64,000 nucleotides of DNA from Octopus bimaculoides (GCF_001194135.2 NC_068981.1:94950586-95014585), one strand, 5' to 3'. Shown: positions 37,155 to 51,440, numbered from the stretch's first letter. Numbers and translations: made by a program. Notes: generated from the letters alone by a model not told the origin.

Positions 37155-38036
37155 CAGGGTGCGGTGAATAAACTGTCGTTTAAATTAAGCAAAAATGAAA
37201 ATAACACTGACATCTTATTTTAACAGATATATTTACCAAAATTACAGAAAAATATCTTGAAATACTAAAGAGTTAAATTATTTAATAAAATTGCCATTGG
37301 CTTCAAGCATGGCCTCCACACAACTTCGGAATCTCCTGCAACTCTTCTGGATGGTCTTCTTTTTTAAGTTTGTGAATCTTGCCATAATCCTTGCCTTCAG
37401 TTCATCTTGGGTATTACAAAGAGTTTTGTTGGTTGTTTGCTTAACTGTGCCCTACACATAATAATCAAGTGGGTTGCAGTCTGGGGTGTTAGGTGGCCAG
37501 ATGTTAGTGATGATGTGGCTACATAAATTATCTGACAGCCATGACTGGGTTCTCTTGCTTGTGTGGCATGGTTCAAGGTCCTGTTGCCAGATATAGGGTC
37601 TTCTAGTAGCCACCCTCTTCACTGAGGGCAGCACTACCTCCTCCAGGCACTTGATGTAGGCCTCCGTGTCGAATGTGAGGCTGTGTGGGAAGATGAATGG
37701 ATGCATAACATTGTTATCACTAGTGATCACTCCAAACTACATGATGTTGACTGGATGTTTGATTTTTATCACTCTCAGTACATGTCCTCAGATTACACTG
37801 TCCTCAAATTGATACCCAAACACTCAGAAATGTTCTTATTGGAGCTTCTAGCATGAATGCCAAGCAGTACAGCATGTCATTTCCAAATTTCTGGCAGAGT
37901 GAATTGCATCATGGTGCTGTTTTTCTCACAGATGGTGCCCAACTGACCCTACTATATTGCGTAGTTGACAAAATCAAAAACAAACAATGCGCATGCATGA
38001 AATTATAAAATGGTGACAATTTACCAACACACCCTG
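37155..38036 (-). mobile_element. Tc1/mariner DD37D (maT) internal-deletion derivative
   Basis: TA|cagggtgcggtgaataaactgtc ... gacaatttaccaacacaccctg|TA; WQQD-37 aa-D (WQQDLEPCHTSKRTQSWL...WPPNTPDCNPLDYYV). Confidence 0.9.
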
Positions 38037-38081
38037 TACGTCTTTATTCAAAGCCTGATTAAAAATGTGGTTTGAAACAAA

Positions 38082-38919
38082 CTGAGTGTATTCATGCATG
38101 GCTAACATATCTTGCTATAGGCTACTATGGTTTTATATAGACAAAAGAAAATGAGGAGGAGATTTAGAAACTTGATATGACTAAAAAATTACTATGGTGG
38201 TTGACCTCATCCTGACCTTAGGTTTAAGTTTGAAACTGAGAGTCCTAGATCCAAAGTAAGTCAAAGTGTATTTCTCAATGTTTTGTACAACAGCTATGTA
38301 CTAAATGAGATTAAACTCTCAATTAAATTAGATATACATGGGATAAGGAACTTTTTTATGATGGCAATTTAAAAAGTTTTCTGTGTAATCAAGTTTTAGA
38401 TTATATGCAGTTTCCACATCCTATATACATTACTTGATTTATAAAAAAGATATTTTAATTTAATGAGAATATCTATTGCTACTTGAAAGTCAAACCAGGT
38501 ATTACCTTGCAATTTATGCACAGAGGAAATTTTCCAGACTTTTTCATTTAAACACCAGTTGCTTAACAGCAGATAAAAACAAACCTTAAGATGTTCATAC
38601 TTACATAGGAAGACCTTTAAATAGTTTCATACAAGCAATGTATTAGTATCCTCCACACAACTAGGAGATACTTGAGTCTACAGGATTAATCTCATTCAGT
38701 ATTTAGCTGTTGTACAAAACATTGAGAAATACACTTTGACCTACTTTGGATCTAAGACTTTCAGTTTGAAACTTAAACCTAAGGTCAGGATGAGGTCAAC
38801 CACCATAGTAATTTTTTTAGACATATCAAGTCTCTAAATCTCCTCCTCACTTCCTTTTTTCTATATAAAACCTTAGTAATCTGTAGCAAAATATGTTAGC
38901 CATACATGAATAAACTCAG
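38082..38919. mobile_element. Foldback/long-TIR non-autonomous element (about 235-bp TIRs)
   Basis: 38082-38315 is the reverse complement of 38686-38919 (e.g. ggtggttgacctcatcctgaccttaggtttaag / cttaaacctaaggtcaggatgaggtcaaccacc); AT-rich core with no ORF. Confidence 0.85.
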
Positions 38920-39069
38920 ACTTTATTGTTGTGGTGGTTAAGCCTGGGAACTGTACTAACAGAAACAGCTGTAAGTTGAGATTCTGTTGTTTTGTAATTA
39001 ATTAATAAATGATAATTGGTATAAATCAATTGTTATTCATCAATTTTATCTCCATTTTCTGTCTTCCTT

Positions 39070-39119
<50 letters not shown>

Positions 39120-42047
39120 TGCAGGAGTGGCTGTATGGTAAGAAGCTTGCTTCCCTGCTTTTTTGTAGCAATGAACATAACGAACAGTGTAAGAGACTTG
39201 TTGCCTCACATATAAGAGAACAATGTTTTCGGGGATCAGACAGTTGACGGGCGCTGCTTGTTCCCCCCATTTANNNNNNNNNNNNNNNNNNNNNNNNNNN
39301 NNNNNNNNNNNNNNNNNNNNNNNNNNNNNNNNNNNNNNNNNNNNNNNNNNNNNNNNNNNNNNNNNNNNNNNNNNNNNNNNNNNNNNNNNNNNNNNNNNNN
39401 NNNNNNNNNNNNNNNNNNNNNNNNNNNNNNNNNNNNNNNNNNNNNNNNNNNNNNNNNNNNNNNNNNNNNNNNNNNNNNNNNNNNNNNNNNNNNNNNNNNN
39501 NNNNNNNNNNNNNNNNNNNNNNNNNNNNNNNNNNNNNNNNNNNNNNNNNNNNNNNNNNNNNNNNNNNNNNNNNNNNNNNNNNNNNNNNNNNNNNNNNNNN
39601 NNNNNNNNNNNNNNNNNNNNNNNNNNNNNNNNNNNNNNNNNNNNNNNNNNNNNNNNNNNNNNNNNNNNNNNNNNNNNNNNNNNNNNNNNNNNNNNNNNNN
39701 NNNNNNNNNNNNNNNNNNNNNNNNNNNNNNNNNNNNNNNNATTCCAAGAAAGTTAGGGGTTGTGAATCCAACCCACTAAGGAATAATATCTATCCAATAT
39801 ACTGCCGGAAGGATACCCAATTACTATTACACTAGTGTTTTTACCAAGTGCAATAAATGGGTGCAGGTAAAAGGAAATTTTACCCTTAATTCATATAGCA
39901 ATAAGAAAATGGAGGGGAATATGTGGTACTCATCAACTCGCAGACATTGTATTATGTCAATTTACCTGTTTATTTTTCAACTAAGAGGACAGGGCAATAA
40001 AAACAATATGCAAACACATATGACATATTATGTCATATCAGTAATAAAAAATTAAAAAGGACATCTAGTGACTGAAGAAGGGACAATGTCTTACAGCTGT
40101 TTCAGCCTAGTGGTGACATGCCTCTACTTTATCCCTTATTGTAGTGTGCTCGTGTATGTGTATATACATACACACGAATATTTATTTATATACGCATATA
40201 AACTTCTCGATAATTTATTTAGTGTTTGTATTGTTTATATACACACCATTTATATAAGTATATACAGGCATGTAAGTATGTATGTGTGTGTGTACGTATG
40301 TGTGTACGTATGTGTACATATATATAAGTATATAAATGCACATGTATGTGTATATGTATGTATATATATATACTCATGTCAAATTCATTTGACCGGTTAA
40401 TGCTTGTCCAACCGTAGCTAAGCCAAGAGAGTTTAAAACAATTGATGACCAATTAGATGAGGGGACTGAACAGCAAAAATTACTCCTCCCCACTAGCAGC
40501 TTGATTCCAACTATCCACTACCAGCAGGATTCTAACTTCTCCATAAGCAGAAAATAACGGAGTATCTCATCGCAGGTTATATAAGTCTGGACATTATTAT
40601 TATTATTGTTATTGTTATTATAACAATGCTCATGAAATATCTTTTTATATAAATTCCTCCATCATAAACAGGACTGCTGGAAATATAGCGATAGGAACAA
40701 ATGCACCAGTCCTCCTTTCCAAAAGCAACTAAAGCTTATGTACCAGGGAACATGTATGTACGGGAATGCTTATATACACATATGTGTATGTATGTATGTA
40801 TGTGTGGGTGGGTATATATGTGTCCTTATGCATAATAACAACAACAATTGACTCATTGGTGTGCGTGTATAGACGTTTCTGTATGTACATTTAAATGTAC
40901 ATATATATATATTCATGTATTTATGTTTATTTATTTATGTATATCTATATATGTCAAAGTATGCATGCATATGCATATAAATGCAAGTTTTTATGATTTT
41001 TATATGTTTTTTTTAATGTTTATATTTGTATATTGTAAATTAACTTCATGNNNNNNNNNNNNNNNNNNNNNNNNNNNNNNNNNNNNNNNNNNNNNNNNNN
41101 NNNNNNNNNNNNNNNNNNNNNNNNNNNNNNNNNNNNNNNNNNNNNNNNNNNNNNNNNNNNNNNNNNNNNNNNNNNNNNNNNNNNNNNNNNNNNNNNNNNN
41201 NNNNNNNNNNNNNNNNNNNNNNNNNNNNNNNNNNNNNNNNNNNNNNNNNNNNNNNNNNNNNNNNNNNNNNNNNNNNNNNNNNNNNNNNNNNNNNNNNNNN
41301 NNNNNNNNNNNNNNNNNNNNNNNNNNNNNNNNNNNNNNNNNNNNNNNNNNNNNNNNNNNNNNNNNNNNNNNNNNNNNNNNNNNNNNNNNNNNNNNNNNNN
41401 NNNNNNNNNNNNNNNNNNNNNNNNNNNNNNNNNNNNNNNNNNNNNNNNNNNNNNNNNNNNNNNNNNNNNNNNNNNNNNNNNNNNNNNNNNNNNNNNNNNN
41501 NNNNNNNNNNNNNNNNNNNNNNNNNNNNNNNNNNNNNNNNNNNNNNNNNNNNNNNNNNNNNNNNNNNNNNNNNNNNNNNNNNNNNNNNNNNNNNNNNNNN
41601 NNNNNNNNNNNNNNNNNNNNNNNNNNNNNNNNNNNNNNNNNNNNNNNNNNNNNNNNNNNNNNNNNNNNNNNNNNNNNNNNNNNNNNNNNNNNNNNNNNNN
41701 NNNNNNNNNNNNNNNNNNNNNNNNNNNNNNNNNNNNNNNNNNNNNNNNNNNNNNNNNNNNNNNNNNNNNNNNNNNNNNNNNNNNNNNNNNNNNNNNNNNN
41801 NNNNNNNNNNNNNNNNNNNNNNNNNNNNNNNNNNNNNNNNNNNNNNNNNNNNNNNNNNNNNNNNNNNNNNNNNNNNNNNNNNNNNNNNNNNNNNNNNNNN
41901 NNCAGTATAAAGAATTCATTAAGAGACTTAAATAAAAATTTCTTTACACATCATTCAGGAATAAATATAACATCACAAAAAATACATTCCGTTTAAAAAC
42001 ACAAACCATTCATGGCGAAAAAATTTCACAATTTGCTGGTAGTTAAT

Positions 42048-42078
<31 letters not shown>

Positions 42079-42744
42079 TGCATATTCAATATATTTGCAC
42101 CTATACCCCATCTCTAACCATCCTTCACTCTCTCCATATGCTCATGCATCATCTATCCACTCACTTTTCCTGTTCTTCTGTCTCCAAGGCTCACCCTGAT
42201 ACCTTGTCACCACCACCTTTATCTACCTTTCCAGCTCCACTCCAATTACTCCTACCCATTCTTGAATAATGCAAGCAGCCATGTATCTTCCCTATAACAA
42301 GAAACCTATTTTAGTCTTTGCCTTCATCTTTAAACATTTACTAAGTAACATAGAGCTGCCTCTCTCTACAGGAGTCCTGCTAATTCCAAGGGTATATTTG
42401 TCTTGCTAGCAACATGGTGACCCCACTAGTGGTGATGCTACAAAAACGAAAAGCACACAATACAGTCTGTAAGAGGTTGTTGTTAGGAAGGGCATATAGC
42501 TACAAAAATCATGCTAAAGCAGACAATGGAGTACAAGAGTACAATGCAGTCTTCTCAGCCATCAGATCTGGTCAAACCACCCAATACATTGCAGAATGGA
42601 AGATGGACATAAAAAGATGATGATGATTATATATATACATCTATCTTTTTTTCTATGGTTAGATGCTGTCCTGTCATCAATCCAGGCTAGTTTCCAAGCA
42701 AAGACATGTTTTTGTCAACTATTGTAAATATTTACAATATTTAC

Positions 42745-43110
42745 GTTTACCAAATACACTTACAATGCTTTGGTCAGCCCAGGGCTATAGTAGAACACAC
42801 TTGCCCAAAGTGTCATGTGATGGGACTGAATCCAACACCATATTGTTGGAAACAAACATTCTAACCTACACAGCTATGCCTGTGCATATATATGTATGTG
42901 TGTGGGCCTTTGAGTTTGCCCCACCACCACTGCTTGACAATCGGCGCTGGTGTATTTATGTCCCCATAACTTAGTGGTTCAGCAAAAGAGACCAACAAAA
43001 TAAGTATGAGGCTTTAAAACAAATTAGTACTGGGGTCGATACATTCAACTAAAAATTCTTCAAGGCAGTGCCACAGCATGGCCGCAGTGTAATGACAAAC
43101 AAATAAGAAG
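42745..43110. mobile_element. OR2-like SINE halves in opposite orientation
   Basis: 42745-42881 is the 5' half on the minus strand; 42882-43110 is the microsatellite plus 3' half on the plus strand. Confidence 0.65.
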
Positions 43111-44710
43111 AATAAAAGATATATAAATATATTTGCACATACACAATTATAGATATTTAGATAAATTAATAACTGCCCACTTAGTTACTTTCACCAAACA
43201 CTGACAGCTTATTTATAAGATGACCTATCATCAATATTCAGATATAATAATGAAACATCTCATTTTAAAATCAATCTTAATTCATACTTGTGCTACCAGA
43301 AGGTATAACAATGGGAAGTTCAATCACACTAACCTTTGCCAGTTCAAAGCAACATTACTACTGAACACTGATAACAAAATTAGCAAAGTTGCTTTCAATA
43401 AAAATAGCTTTTAACAGCAGGTTCTTGACATATTGTTCATGGTTAGCACCTCCATCCCTGTTCATCACTTGCTACATTTGCCTCAACCCTCCTGGCACTC
43501 TCCCCTCATGCTTGTATAACCTCCTCCCTCCATCACTCCTGGTCCACTGGCTGCATTATCACTTGATTCTTACCTTTTTTCCCCAGCTACTTCCACCCAC
43601 CCTTATATAAATGTTGTGTATCTTCTCTATGTCTGCTTATTACTGGGATAAAATCAACTTTCCAGCCTCTCAAATATCCCCCCCCACCACTTAATTGAGA
43701 GGGCTTTTCTCTTTTTCCTTTTCTTGTTCTTTCCTGTCTTGCAAAGTACTTGGCAACTCATTAGTGCTGGTGGCATGAGAAAAGCAACCAGTACACAACG
43801 ATGCCAAAGCTGATATGGAGCATGATGCAGCCTTGTGGCTCACTGGAGCCTGTCATACCATCCAACCTATTGTCAGCATGTAAAACAGACACTAAATGAT
43901 GATGATTGATAAGGAACTTAATAAAATGTAAAAATGTATTAGATGCTAGTGATGTATAGAATCATCTAAGCTTTTCTGAATTAAGATGCTTAAATATCTA
44001 TTGAACTGTACTTAATACATCTCCTACAAAATGATTACATAGTTATGATTGATGTTAATAATGACCTAGCCTAAGTTTGACAATATCACTTGTTGTCAAC
44101 TAAAATAGAATTAATCAAGTTCTTTTTGACAATACTCTTCAAAGATAGATAAGCACATTGGAATACTCATTAACAAAGTATCATCAATTTTTTAATACGA
44201 TTATAATTTTCTGGACAATTAATCCTATTTACAGTATTTATATCTACATAATATTTGATGAGTTTGATCTCTCATCATCCTCAGGTGCCTTATTTTAATG
44301 ACCTAACAGATATGGACACTATTATCTTTAATCTATATGTATAAGAGAGAGTTTGTGTGTGTGTGCACATACATATGTTCCTTATGCATTTGAAAACTGA
44401 GTTGCTGATTTTGATGTATGTGGTATCGAAACATTCAGCAATCTTTTGGCTACCAAATAAATTTTATTTTCATTTACATATTTTCTATGTTATCTCAACA
44501 ACCAGCTTTAGTTATTTGAAAGACATTGCTCAACAACGACCAGGTTTCATTAGAAAGTGAAAATAGTTTCACACTTTCAATTTGAACTAAAATTACAAAG
44601 TGTTGCATTACGAGAGTGACAATGTGTGAATAATGGAAGTAATGTTTCTCCGAATTAGTCACATCTGTACTATATAATAAAGAAAGCTGCTAATCATCTA
44701 TCTATATATA

Positions 44711-45588
44711 TTAGGTCATCCTATAAGTAATGCCGTTATTTTCAATTGCATGAACTGTAAGTCAGAGGGAGATGGGATAAACTATCTGCATCAACTTGCT
44801 ATAAAAGCAGACAGTAATCTAACTTTGTCCTTATTCTTAGTGCAAGTCTTGAAGAGTGCAGTTCGATTTTAACAGTTATTTTTCCAAAGCTATAATGGAA
44901 GTGGCAAAGGAGCATATTCGGCATATTTTGCTTTATGAGTTCAATAAAGGTAACAATGTAAGAGAAAGTGCAAGGAATATTAATGTAGTATATGAGGATC
45001 GGACAATAAGCACAAACCAGTCTCAACTGTGGTTCCAAAAATTCTGAACCAGAAACTACAGCCTAGACGACAAGCCTTGTCCTGTAAGATCTGTAGAGCT
45101 CAATGAGGATATCCTGCAAAACCTGGTGGAACAAAATCCCATCGTAACTGTTGAGGAAGTAGCAGAGAAGCTTGGATTTTATCATCAACCAGTCATTCAA
45201 ATCAGTGCTAGAAGAAAAGCGGCCATTTTTGGTTTTATAATGAAAGGTATCTTCCATCAGGATAATGCTCAGCCGCATACAGTGAGGATGACATTCCAAA
45301 GCCCAGACATTGCCTCATCTGATTATCATTTATTCTGCAGTCTTCAAAATCATTTGAACAGAAAAAATATGAATTCTGTAGACAAGGTCAGAATAGTAGT
45401 GGAGGAGTATTTTTCATCACGGACAAGTGAATTTTGGAAGAGGGGCCTTGCAAGTCTACCAGATAGATGGAAGAGCATTGTAGAAAATGAAGGAGAGTAT
45501 GTTTAGATTAAAAAATAACTTTGTTTATCTCAATTTTGAAAAATAAAAGAAGTATAAAAAAAACTGCAATATTCATGGGATGACCTAA
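44711..45588 (+). mobile_element. Mariner (DD34D-type) deletion derivative
   Basis: TA|ttaggtcatcc...ggatgacctaa|TA; KEHIRHILLYEFNKG, WFQKF, HQDNAQPH, SPDIASSDYHLF, FWKRGLASLPDRW..VENEGEY; stops and large internal deletions. Confidence 0.92.
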
Positions 45589-46438
45589 TAAAGGCTACCA
45601 AGCAAACTACGTTTTTGGCACAACTCTTTCTTATTATTAAAATAGCATCAGAAACGAGGTTGGGTCGCACAATTTTGAGGTCATTTTCAGGCAATATTTC
45701 TATTTGCTTCTAATGTTTCACTTTTGTCCAATGTTTTAAGCATGTGTAAAATTCTACTTGGACAAACATTTATGAAAATGTACACATGAATATTGTATTA
45801 AAATAAGCCACAACCCAAAAATTTCATTAAAAGACATCCATATCTCTATATGTTATGAGGAAACAGTCATTCACTCTCTCTCTCACATGCACACATACAT
45901 AGAAGAAGATGTATGCATGTGTATTTATGTATGTGTATATGAAGGATGTGTGTGTGAGAGAGAGGGAGAGAGAGAAAGAGCGAGTGAGTGCCGCTTACAC
46001 ATATACACAAAAAAAATACATACATGACAACACACATCTTCACTTACTCTCTCACACACACACATCCATTTCATATACATGTACATACATCTTTCACTTT
46101 CTGCTCTCACTTCAAAGCAAATGTAGCCTTTTTGCTTTCTCCTCTCTTTCAATTTTTGCTCTCTGGGGGAAAGGGTATTAAGTGTTTCTTTAAGAAAAAT
46201 TAAGCTTCAAAAAAATATATATATATTTCCCAGATTTGCAATCTCTATTTTTCTATGTGGATAAAAAAAAAAAGATTCAAAAAAAGTTATAACTTAAATT
46301 GCAGTGGGGACGGAGGGAAATTAAAATTTTGAAAGCATGATTTCTGGGGAAAATCATATTGACCCCTTTTATACGATGAAACAATACACAGTTTGTGATC
46401 CCTCTTAAGAACAGAAAGCACTATCATGCAAATTGTAC

Positions 46439-46519
46439 CTTCCCCACGTTCACTTTTAAACAAACAATAACTTCCATTACACCAGTAATCCAGTTCACTA
46501 TATACCAGCTGTGCTGATT
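46439..46519 (-). other. Candidate orphan 81-nt exon
   Basis: ttcctttcttatcggcag|AATC...GGAAG|gtacaa; two frames open; product not recognised. Confidence 0.3.
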
Positions 46520-47389
46520 CTGCCGATAAGAAAGGAACAAATAATATAATGTAGCTGTAGGTCATAACACCAAGGCAATGCTGAGATGCATTGCTAATTT
46601 AGAAATAAAGTTTCCTAATTTAAATTCAGTCTGAGACTATGGACACACAGAAATAAAGAAATAATATTATGATGACAAAGTTGAACGCATAGTGTAGATA
46701 TAAATATAGCAAATATGCACGCTAAAGATGAGGCTAACAGTTCATAAAATTATAATCTTTATTAACAACCCATCTCAAATATTCAGAGATTTAATAATTT
46801 TTCATACAAGTTACAATGATTTACATTACAGTAACTTTCCATAGATCTAAACTCTACTTCATCTCATTTGACCTAATCATTTACTGCAGATCTTCAATCC
46901 CCAATTTATAGTACTGTTTATGAAGCATACACTATACACTTATATTACATATCCATAACTGTAGAATTGTCATTTCTTACCTCCAGACAATAATTTTTAT
47001 GCTCAGTACATGATGTTCAAACTTTCATACAAGTTAATACTTAATATCCTGTGGACTATATTTAACTAGCCTTTTTCTCCCTCAAATTGTTGCAAATAAT
47101 ATACTTAGACATTAATTTTCCATATTTTGATATGATAACCATAACATTTCTGACATAATACACATTGTCCTATGACAAGTGAAGTCTTTGACATAAACAA
47201 AGATATCTTCTTTAAACATTTTCCAGTTTGTTTGACAGATTTCAATGCACCATTCTTTTAACTTACAATGTGTTTTTTTTTTTTTTTGCTCTACTTAATT
47301 ACAAAACAAAGTCACTTACCTCAGCTAGATGAATTTTCATAACCCTTTACAATTAAATCAATTCTACTTTGAGTAAAGCCAAGTGAAAC

Positions 47390-47660
47390 CGTATTTGTGG
47401 CCATTGCCAGTGTTATGTAAATGGCAACCATGAAATCATAGTTGTGGTCATTGCCAGTGTCATGTAAATGGCACCTGTGCCAGCTGCATATAAAAAGTAC
47501 CATTACACTCTTGGAGTGATTGGCATTAAGAAGGACATCTAGCCAAAGAAACTATGCCAGATCAGACTGGAACCTGGTGCAGCTCTCTGGCTTACCAGTT
47601 CTAGTCAAACTGTCTAACTCATGCCAGCATGGAAAGCGGACGTTAAATGATGATGATGAA
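47390..47660 (+). mobile_element. RTE LINE 3'UTR copy with (GAT)n tail
   Basis: gccagtg subrepeats followed by ccatgccagcatggaaagcggacgttaaatgatgatgat. Confidence 0.8.
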
Positions 47661-50600
47661 CTTACGCCCATTCTTCCAAGACAAGATCTTATCCTGATAT
47701 TCTTTGACAGAGAACTGATTCAATGAAAATTAGATTAACTTACAAGCCTAGTTGATCACTTAGTCCTGAACTCTGGACTATAACAATGGAAAAAAAAAGG
47801 TTGAAGATAGAATTATGATGAACAGCCAAAACTACATTAAATCTCACACTTTTAATAATTCACACAACATATCAAATAAGAAGAGCTTAAGCCAGACACG
47901 AGCTACCTTTTTTGAGAAGTGGGCTGCATAAAACATGACTTGTCATCAGGCAGGTTGCACTACTAAAAAAATTCAAGCTAATTTTTCATTAGGTAGAAAG
48001 TCCTATGGGTTACAGGTTAATCATGATTAGCTCAAATAGTAGTAGCATTTATTTGCTGTTAAAATATTATTATATCAATAATATTCTTCATACCACTGAA
48101 TATTTTTTTTAATAATTAATTCAGATACTCTAATCATTCAGCAAATATATTCATAGTATTTATCAAAGTATTGAGATCATTTCTTTTGCAGCTTCATTTA
48201 TTTCCTTCTTACATCTCGTGAATATTCTGAGAATGAGTATAACTCTAACTTGTTGATGGTCTGTCAAGAAATCAACTCCTCAGACAGCGTACAGACAATG
48301 AGAATCTGGCATATTCCCAATTACAACAGCAACATATGCCATTATTTTGGACTGCAGAAGCTTTCAAGTTTTTTCTTAGAAAAAAGCTGCTTTTATATTC
48401 AGGTAGAATTCCTGTTGTAGAATTTTAAAATCAACTGCTACTCTTTAAAACAATTCAAATTTCCTAAGATAAATCAGTTTTGGTGGTTCTTTCTAAATCT
48501 ATCATTGAGATATACTGACGGAAGTAATCAGATATCTTTGAAGACAACAGCAAGAATGAATAAGTTGGACATAAAAGTATTGTAATTCTATTCTGCCGAA
48601 GTAGACAGATTAATTAAGAAGTGGGTTTATTTTTCTCCAGTTAAAATGTATAAAATGTTCATAAGTTACATATGGAAGTTGCTCGGAAGAACCCCAGTAG
48701 ATTTTACTGCCAAACCAATACTACATACCTCTAGTCTTCCACTGTTTACTCCAGTCAGAAAAAGAAGGAAAAAAAAAAACAGAAACCATCCCTATTTGTA
48801 TTTTGTTAGGTGTCTTAAGTCTTTCATAATACAATGTCAATGGAAGCTTTCACTCCATGATATAAAATCTATCATAACAACTACAGAACAACTCAAAGAT
48901 TTTCTGTGTCAATGTACATAGTAATTATTTAACTTTGAATTTAATTATTCATCAGATAAAATCTGTAGATGATATACTTTAAGACAATGGATATATAATG
49001 TAAATTTAACTTCTCCACAATTTGTGACACTTTGTGTTGTAGCTTTACTGTTTCTAATTATTAAAATACCAAGTTGTAAGCATGACTCAACTTCAGCTAG
49101 TATTCTTCTATAAACATCAAATCTTGTCTTATTTCAGGCCTAACTTTTTGTTAGCTTGCTTTTATTCTTGTAACACTAACAACTAAATTTCAATTTATTT
49201 TTAATGTTATTCACAGAATTTGAAATAAATGCTTAAATCTTTTACCAGCTGGCATTAATATTTCTAATATCAATTTATCCTACAACCTAATTTTTCTCTC
49301 TCTTCCATATGCAATGCATTGTAGCATGAACATTCTTAAAAATCACAGTATACATCCAAAGCTTACAAAATTGTAGTTGGACCAAGATTCTAACAACAAT
49401 CCTAAATTAGTAGCATCCACTAACTCTCATTAGTTCTAATCTAAGCACCAAGTAGATCACCACAGTAAAGCAACATAGCAGATGTTATTTAATCTGATGT
49501 CAATCCTGATTTAGTAGAGCTATTGTCAAAGGCATTCCAACCATGACCACCTGTTTTATCTTTTCTTCTTTACTTAGGAGTCTATGTAAGAATATATTCT
49601 CCAGAAATACATAGAGTGATCTGAAGGAAATTTAATTACTATTTCTAACAAAGTCAAGTAGACATGTTAGAGTACATCTACAATCATGAAGATGTACTCT
49701 GTAATTCGGATAGGCAAACCTGAAAGATCAAGCACTGCCAAATTTTCAAATTCAAACACATGCATGCTATCATTTTATACATTACTTTCATTTTAAAAGC
49801 ATACAAAAAAAAAACAACTTATATTAAAACACAAAATATATTTGGGCTTTATATTTGATTTACCATGTGTTATCTACAACAACTTGTGGCAAATGTTATA
49901 AAATAAGTGGTAAACTATCACAGGACTGAGTCAATGACAACTTTATTCCTTGACTTAAGCAGTTTCACTTCACCTGTATTATTATAATAATGAAAAAAAA
50001 AAACATGAACATTACATCATAGTTTACCACTTTGACAAATATTTCAGTTCAAATGTACATTTTCATGATTTAGTAATATACAGTGGTCTGAGAGGGTCTG
50101 TGAAGGCCATAAATACTGATGCTTCCTCCAGACTGAGCAAACAGACAAGAAAGTTGATAAAAGTTTGTAAAATAAAATAAGTTTGGACTATCAGAATTCA
50201 TCTCTACCCATGGTACATGAAATAATTTTATTCTAATAAAGAGTTTCTAATGCTAATGTCTAATCTGTACCAAGTTTGAAGTAGTTTTATATTATATAAG
50301 CTTCTTTAACCATACATGTGTTATTTATTAATGTGGAATACATTACATTTCAGACAGATTTGTCCTTAGAGAATTCTGGATTTTCTTTTCATAATTTTTT
50401 TTTATATATATAATGAAAACCAGTTAACATCATATTTTAAGTAAAAAGTATTTTTTAATATATCAAGAGATATTTCAATAGCAGTATTTTACTACTGTAC
50501 AGGAGTCTACATATAGTAGTTGTTAACAATTTTTTAATGAAGACCTTTTAACTTTTGTTAGAGGATGAATAAGAGACCTACTTTGAAGGTTATGAAGTCA

Positions 50601-51115
50601 GTCATGCTACACATTCAAATGATTGCTTACCTGTGTGAACAATTCAGATGACCCTTTCTTTAATGTATTAAAGCGAAAGTTAACCAAAATGTTTGCACCA
50701 TAAAATTTTCTATCTTAACCCTTTAGTGTTCAGATTAATTTGTCAAATGTAATGCTTATCTGTTCACATTAATTTTGATTTATTCAGGTTCAAGTGGGAT
50801 GTTCACAATATTTGCTTGTAACTTTGTTAATTTTCTCCATACAGATTTGAAATTTTGTAAATGGGTGCTTATATGCCAGTGGTTTATAGTTACGTAATTT
50901 TAGCTGATCTTTCTGATTAAATTTGACTTTCATGGGCAGGTAAATTTAATTAACAGGTGTAAAAACAATAACACTATGAATAAACACTAAAATTCATATT
51001 CTTAATACATTTTACCTGTTTGATTTGTTAATAAAATTATCCCAGATGTCAACTGCCAACAATTTTACATTTTTCAAGATGAGGTACATTAATTTGAATT
51101 AATTAAAATACAGGT

Positions 51116-51440
51116 AGGGAAGGCACATGGCTCAGTGATTAGAGTGTCGAGCTTACGATCGTGAAGTTGTGAGTTCAATTCCCGGACCGGGTTGCATGTT
51201 GTGTTCTTGAGCAACACACTTTATTTCATGTTGCTCCAGTTAACTCAGCAGTAGAAATGAGTTGCGACATCACAAGTGCCAAACTGTATCGGCCTTTGCC
51301 TTTCCTTTGGATAACATCAGTGGTGTGGAGAGGGGAGGCTGGTATGCATGGGCGACTTGCCCGGACTTGTGCCTTGGAGGGTAACTTTCTAGGTGCAATC
51401 CCATGGTCATTCATGACCAAAGGGGGTCTCCTCCTCAAAA
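51116..51440 (+). mobile_element. Full-length CORE-type tRNA SINE (OR1-like) with 11-bp TSD
   Basis: A-box tggctcagtga, B-box gagttcaattccc, A-tail; TSD aaaatacaggt at 51105-51115 and 51441-51451. Confidence 0.9.

Noticed and set aside
44250-44445. Two hammerhead/pLTR-like hairpins (minus ctgaggatgatgag...ctcatcaaat; plus ttgctgattttgat...atcgaaacattcagcaa)
   Set aside because: Each lacks one core box; at most a very old PLE relic.
48150-48760. Coding-looking unique sequence
   Set aside because: The minus-strand frames I translated have repeated stops, and I recognised no protein family on either strand.
51116-51200. tRNA-like sequence (also other SINE heads)
   Set aside because: A/B boxes run directly into SINE body with a TSD; no complete cloverleaf, so not a tRNA gene.
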